Positions 60,727 to 64,000 of a stretch of 64,000 nt of DNA are shown one piece after another. Location of the stretch: NCBI GenBank assembly GCA_964402035.1, contig CAYOAM010000001.1:243558-307557 (forward strand), written 5' to 3'. Each line of letters starts with the position of its first letter. Within the stretch, counting starts at the first letter, position 1. Below the pieces are notes generated by a model. That model saw nothing but the letters and a program-made list of their open reading frames with translations. It was not told the origin of the DNA and searched no databases. Source of the stretch: an uncultured Candidatus Saccharibacteria bacterium (GTDB lineage: Bacteria > Patescibacteriota > Minisyncoccia > Phycocordibacterales > UBA918). Made by a program: the position numbers and the translations under genes.

Positions 60727-61906
60727 AGGTATGCAGGTAACCCAATCCAACCAAAGGTACGGTCCCGTGAGTGTTTTGTATGGTGCCCTCTACCCAGCCT
60801 TCTGTTTTTTTTGTGGAAATAGGATGGGTAAGTTTGACCAGAATTCGGGCATTGTCAAAACTAGGAATTAATGCAGAGAATCCGATAACACCTCCCTCGT
60901 TTTCTTCCGTGACTGATCCGTCAAACGCTTTACGCGCAAAGCCATTTGTATCTTTTGTAAGTGCCCACATATGCGAAGCGTATGCCGTCGATGTACCCTG
61001 TACGTCTGATTGATCAATCAAATAAAAATTTGACTGCGCGTCCCAGAGTATCATTTGTATACTCTTCGATTTCAAAGTATCACTCCCGGCAAAAAATATA
61101 CTTGTGCGATAATCGGTCGAATAGGTCCGCTCATGCATCACAAATACTGCAAGGTCTTTGCCGTCCAAAGATATAGTCCCCTTCCCCGCACTCACATAAT
61201 TGGTAAAATCTGGTTCATTTTTTGTGATGAAATCACTCACCAATTGCTCGGTCACCAAGGTATATGTTTTCCCCATAAACGGAAATTGAAGAGTGTAGGC
61301 TTCACGCGATGAATGATCAGCGGCCACATGTCGCTCAAATCTTGAAAACAGCAGGTCAGAAAGTATCGCGCTCTGAGTCACGTCCCGCGTCTTGTATAGT
61401 AAGTCACTACGTTTTCCCACTAGCACGTTTCCACTATAATAGTGCTGAAATTGCGAATCCTTTTTCTCTTTTCGCGAGAGAGTAAGATCAATTAGTAACG
61501 GCTCACCATCTGCAGTTTTTCCAACAATCACAAATTGATCTGAAAAAAACCGATACTCGTGAGCAATAGCTTCCGTGCTCGAGCTCGTGGTTGTTGGTGG
61601 ATAGACAATTGGTGCAACGGGCGTTAGGTTTAAAAAGGAGTAAAAAAGCGCACACGAGATTCCAAAAAAGAAAGCAAGAAGTGAAACAAGAATATGACGA
61701 CCGCGTTGTATTTTTTCGAGTAGATCTTTGATGTACGGAACTATAGATAAGAGTCCTCCAAAAAATATAACCCCAATCCCTGCAAAAAGTGCATAGAGTT
61801 GCGAACCAACGTTAAAAATTATGTCAGGGGGCAATACTGCGTAGGCGTTGTGCGGCACCGCACATATGAGCAATAGTAATGTAAAAAGTTCGACAATTCC
61901 CCTCAT
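60716..61906 (-). CDS. membrane protein with large beta-rich soluble domain
   Basis: Signal-like N-terminus, two TMs, Thr/Ser linker; overlaps the start of the PEP-utiliser gene. Confidence 0.75.
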   Translation of the reverse strand: MRGIVELFTLLLLICAVPHNAYAVLPPDIIFNVGSQLYALFAGIGVIFFGGLLSIVPYIKDLLEKIQRGRHILVSLLAFFFGISCALFYSFLNLTPVAPIVYPPTTTSSSTEAIAHEYRFFSDQFVIVGKTADGEPLLIDLTLSRKEKKDSQFQHYYSGNVLVGKRSDLLYKTRDVTQSAILSDLLFSRFERHVAADHSSREAYTLQFPFMGKTYTLVTEQLVSDFITKNEPDFTNYVSAGKGTISLDGKDLAVFVMHERTYSTDYRTSIFFAGSDTLKSKSIQMILWDAQSNFYLIDQSDVQGTSTAYASHMWALTKDTNGFARKAFDGSVTEENEGGVIGFSALIPSFDNARILVKLTHPISTKKTEGWVEGTIQNTHGTVPLVGLGYLHTYGE

Positions 61907-61954
61907 AAAAAAAGTATAGCATGGGGAGATTTGTGGTATTGATTGCCATGTACA

Positions 61955-62662
61955 TCAGGTAGAGAGTATTTGTTTAATTCTCTCAAACCATAAAGCGTAG
62001 CCTGCCGATGATGGATGGAACCCATCGATTGCCAAATACACCTTTGGCTCACGCACAAAAGGATCTATCTTCGGATCTATATAAAGATCAACATATCTCC
62101 CCCCTGCCTTCGAAACAATATCTGCAAATGCTGCATGGTAGCGGAGCGTCTGTTTTGTATAGTACGGCTTAATAAACCAAGGGAATGCGCTTGCGGCTCC
62201 AACATTTCCCGCCATCAAGACGACAAGATGATCATGTGGAGGAAGTGCGACAAGTGCGTCCTTAAGCATCGTACTCACCTCCTCAATATCATGAAAATGA
62301 GTGACGTCATTGGCTCCTACCTGCAGCACTATGTATGCATAGTGTGGTAGTTTTGTTTTTCCAATTTGACCTTGTACATCTGGAACCTGCGCTCCTGATA
62401 CTGCTTGATTTTCAACGTAGGTAGCTCCCACTTCCTTTGCAACGAGTCCAGGTACGGATTCCTCGGGACGAGTAGCTCCCACACCAACACCAGTACTATC
62501 ACCCAAAACTAGCATCGTCTTTTTAAAATTATCACTTTGCATTTGGAATGGCTCAGTGCTCGCCATAAGTGCTTCGGAAATCTGTACCTTACGCAGAGAG
62601 ATCCACACAAATAGCAGTACGGCTATGACAGCAATCGCCAATAAGATTAGAAATATTTTCAT
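61955..62662 (-). CDS. SGNH/GDSL hydrolase with N-terminal anchor
   Basis: LGDST, SGA, GAND, DGFHPS. Confidence 0.9.
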   Translation of the reverse strand: MKIFLILLAIAVIAVLLFVWISLRKVQISEALMASTEPFQMQSDNFKKTMLVLGDSTGVGVGATRPEESVPGLVAKEVGATYVENQAVSGAQVPDVQGQIGKTKLPHYAYIVLQVGANDVTHFHDIEEVSTMLKDALVALPPHDHLVVLMAGNVGAASAFPWFIKPYYTKQTLRYHAAFADIVSKAGGRYVDLYIDPKIDPFVREPKVYLAIDGFHPSSAGYALWFERIKQILST

Positions 62663-62681
62663 GGGGGTGTAACGATCGTTG

Positions 62682-62918
62682 TTATTCTGCGCCATCTTCG
62701 AGATCTACATATTGACTAAATTCCTCAAGTGCTTCTGCAACAATAGCAGCGTCAGCGTCAGATACCAAACTTTTTTTGAGTCCCAACAATACATCATAAA
62801 TTTCCCGAGGAGCATACCCACGCTCCTTGAGTTTTTCCGCTTCGCCCAAAACTTGGTTCTCATCACCACGACTTTTGGCAATAGCCTTCTCAAACATTTT
62901 TGAAAATGGGTGTGACAT
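62682..62918 (-). CDS. small acidic hypothetical protein
   Basis: Clean ORF co-oriented with and just upstream of the SGNH gene. Confidence 0.65.
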   Translation of the reverse strand: MSHPFSKMFEKAIAKSRGDENQVLGEAEKLKERGYAPREIYDVLLGLKKSLVSDADAAIVAEALEEFSQYVDLEDGAE

Positions 62919-63169
62919 ACATCATAATCCTACCAACCAAACTCTGAATACGGAATACCTTTGAGATATAGATAATTTTTATGCTAGATAAGCCATTTAC
63001 TATAATAAATTCGATAAGGATGAAGCATGGGGATTTAGTAAACGTCTCATGGTTTTATATTTGACAAATCATATATTATCTGTTTTATTATACGTAGTTT
63101 AGTACGCAAAGATGATTGGACATACGACGTCCACATCTTTTTTGACAGTGACACAAAAGGGAGTTTTCG

Positions 63170-63826
63170 ATGAGCAGTCTGATTTTGTTCGGGATCATCG
63201 TCCTTAATGTCCTCATTTCCATCGCCAACTGCTACACAGTTGGCGTCGCATGGAAAGACACTATGACCCTCGGCAGCAAGTTCAATAGGCTGGTCCTATG
63301 GTCTGCCATTATCCAATCAGGCGTCGGCTTCTCGATGCCCATCTTGATTGGGCTTACATGGGGCTCGACACAACTACTCACAATGAGCGATGACCCAACT
63401 CTCACCACTGTCCAAGCACGACAGTTCATGGAGTGGGTTTTCAATCTCTGGTACATCGCCGTGATATTCCCAGTACTTGGAACTGGGTTCATCATTTGGG
63501 CCTATTCGCTTCGTGAAGCATATAGGCAGCGCGATTTTGCCAGCATTGCAACTTCTGGATGGAATACATTCGCCCAGATCCACAACTCCATCTCTGCAAT
63601 CGAGAATGTCGGCGGCGCATTTGGAAGTGTGAGCGACCTCTTTCGCTCAGCATTAGACGACGTCGACGACTGGAAGGGTGCGGTAGCGATTGGCGCAATC
63701 CTCGTTGCCCTCATCTCGCTCGTCGGAGGATTCATGATAGCATTCTACCTTGTGCGACACTTTGCAAAGACAAGTGAATCTCGAATTGAGGCTTATGGCA
63801 ATGAGCACCTGGCTCGCCGGCACTAA
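63170..63826 (+). CDS. multi-pass membrane hypothetical protein
   Basis: About four TMs; GGGAG SD; downstream hairpin. Confidence 0.75.
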   Translation: MSSLILFGIIVLNVLISIANCYTVGVAWKDTMTLGSKFNRLVLWSAIIQSGVGFSMPILIGLTWGSTQLLTMSDDPTLTTVQARQFMEWVFNLWYIAVIFPVLGTGFIIWAYSLREAYRQRDFASIATSGWNTFAQIHNSISAIENVGGAFGSVSDLFRSALDDVDDWKGAVAIGAILVALISLVGGFMIAFYLVRHFAKTSESRIEAYGNEHLARRH

Positions 63827-63834
63827 GCACTGCA

Positions 63835-63874
63835 ACCCCCGGGGGCAATTATTGCTCGCGGGGGTATTTTATTT
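63835..63874 (+). terminator. intrinsic terminator
   Basis: ACCCCCG.GGGCAAT-T-ATTGCTC.CGGGGGT followed by ATTTTATTT. Confidence 0.75.
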
Positions 63875-64000
63875 AAAATGATTTTCAGCTATCTCTATAC
63901 TATACGGAGTAAGGTACCCGCTTCTTTTGGTGATTGCCCATGCTTTTTTCTATACAGGCTATACTAGAGTGACGAACATCGATCACTCGTATGTTAAAAG

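Overview
Chromosomal window from a reduced-genome Patescibacteria (CPR) bacterium, most likely Parcubacteria-type. This is inferred from the short AtpC, RplM and AlaS, from CPR-type hypothetical proteins and from core genes largely lacking Shine-Dalgarno sites. TGA is read as stop (code 11). Core content in order: atpAGDC, several peptidases, ychF, leuS, mltG, mnmA, alaS, infA-rpmJ-rpsMKD-rpoA-rplQ-rplM-rpsI, grpE-dnaK-dnaJ, pepA, scpAB, a D,D-carboxypeptidase-mraY-ftsW-murG-gltX-M23 cluster, then a switch to the minus strand at about 53.3-53.9 kb. Most notable observations: (1) an SOS-type mutagenesis cassette with two LexA-like paralogs, one with an UmuD-like cleavage motif next to a UmuC-like polymerase, driven by two near-identical promoters containing GGTGAAC-N4-GTTCACC; (2) an AT-rich cassette of EamA exporter, unknown enzyme-like protein, 10-Cys membrane-anchored protein and 7TM histidine kinase that resembles an undescribed signalling module; (3) a dif-like 11-6-11 site with a repeated half-site bracketing a non-coding stretch; (4) a multi-hairpin non-coding element between rpsI and grpE; (5) two MITE-like elements abutting leuS and alaS; (6) a SciP/DUF1153-like gene; (7) pervasive leaderless-type promoters. 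No tRNA, rRNA or CRISPR array was seen. All calls are by eye from sequence and motifs; no database searches were run.
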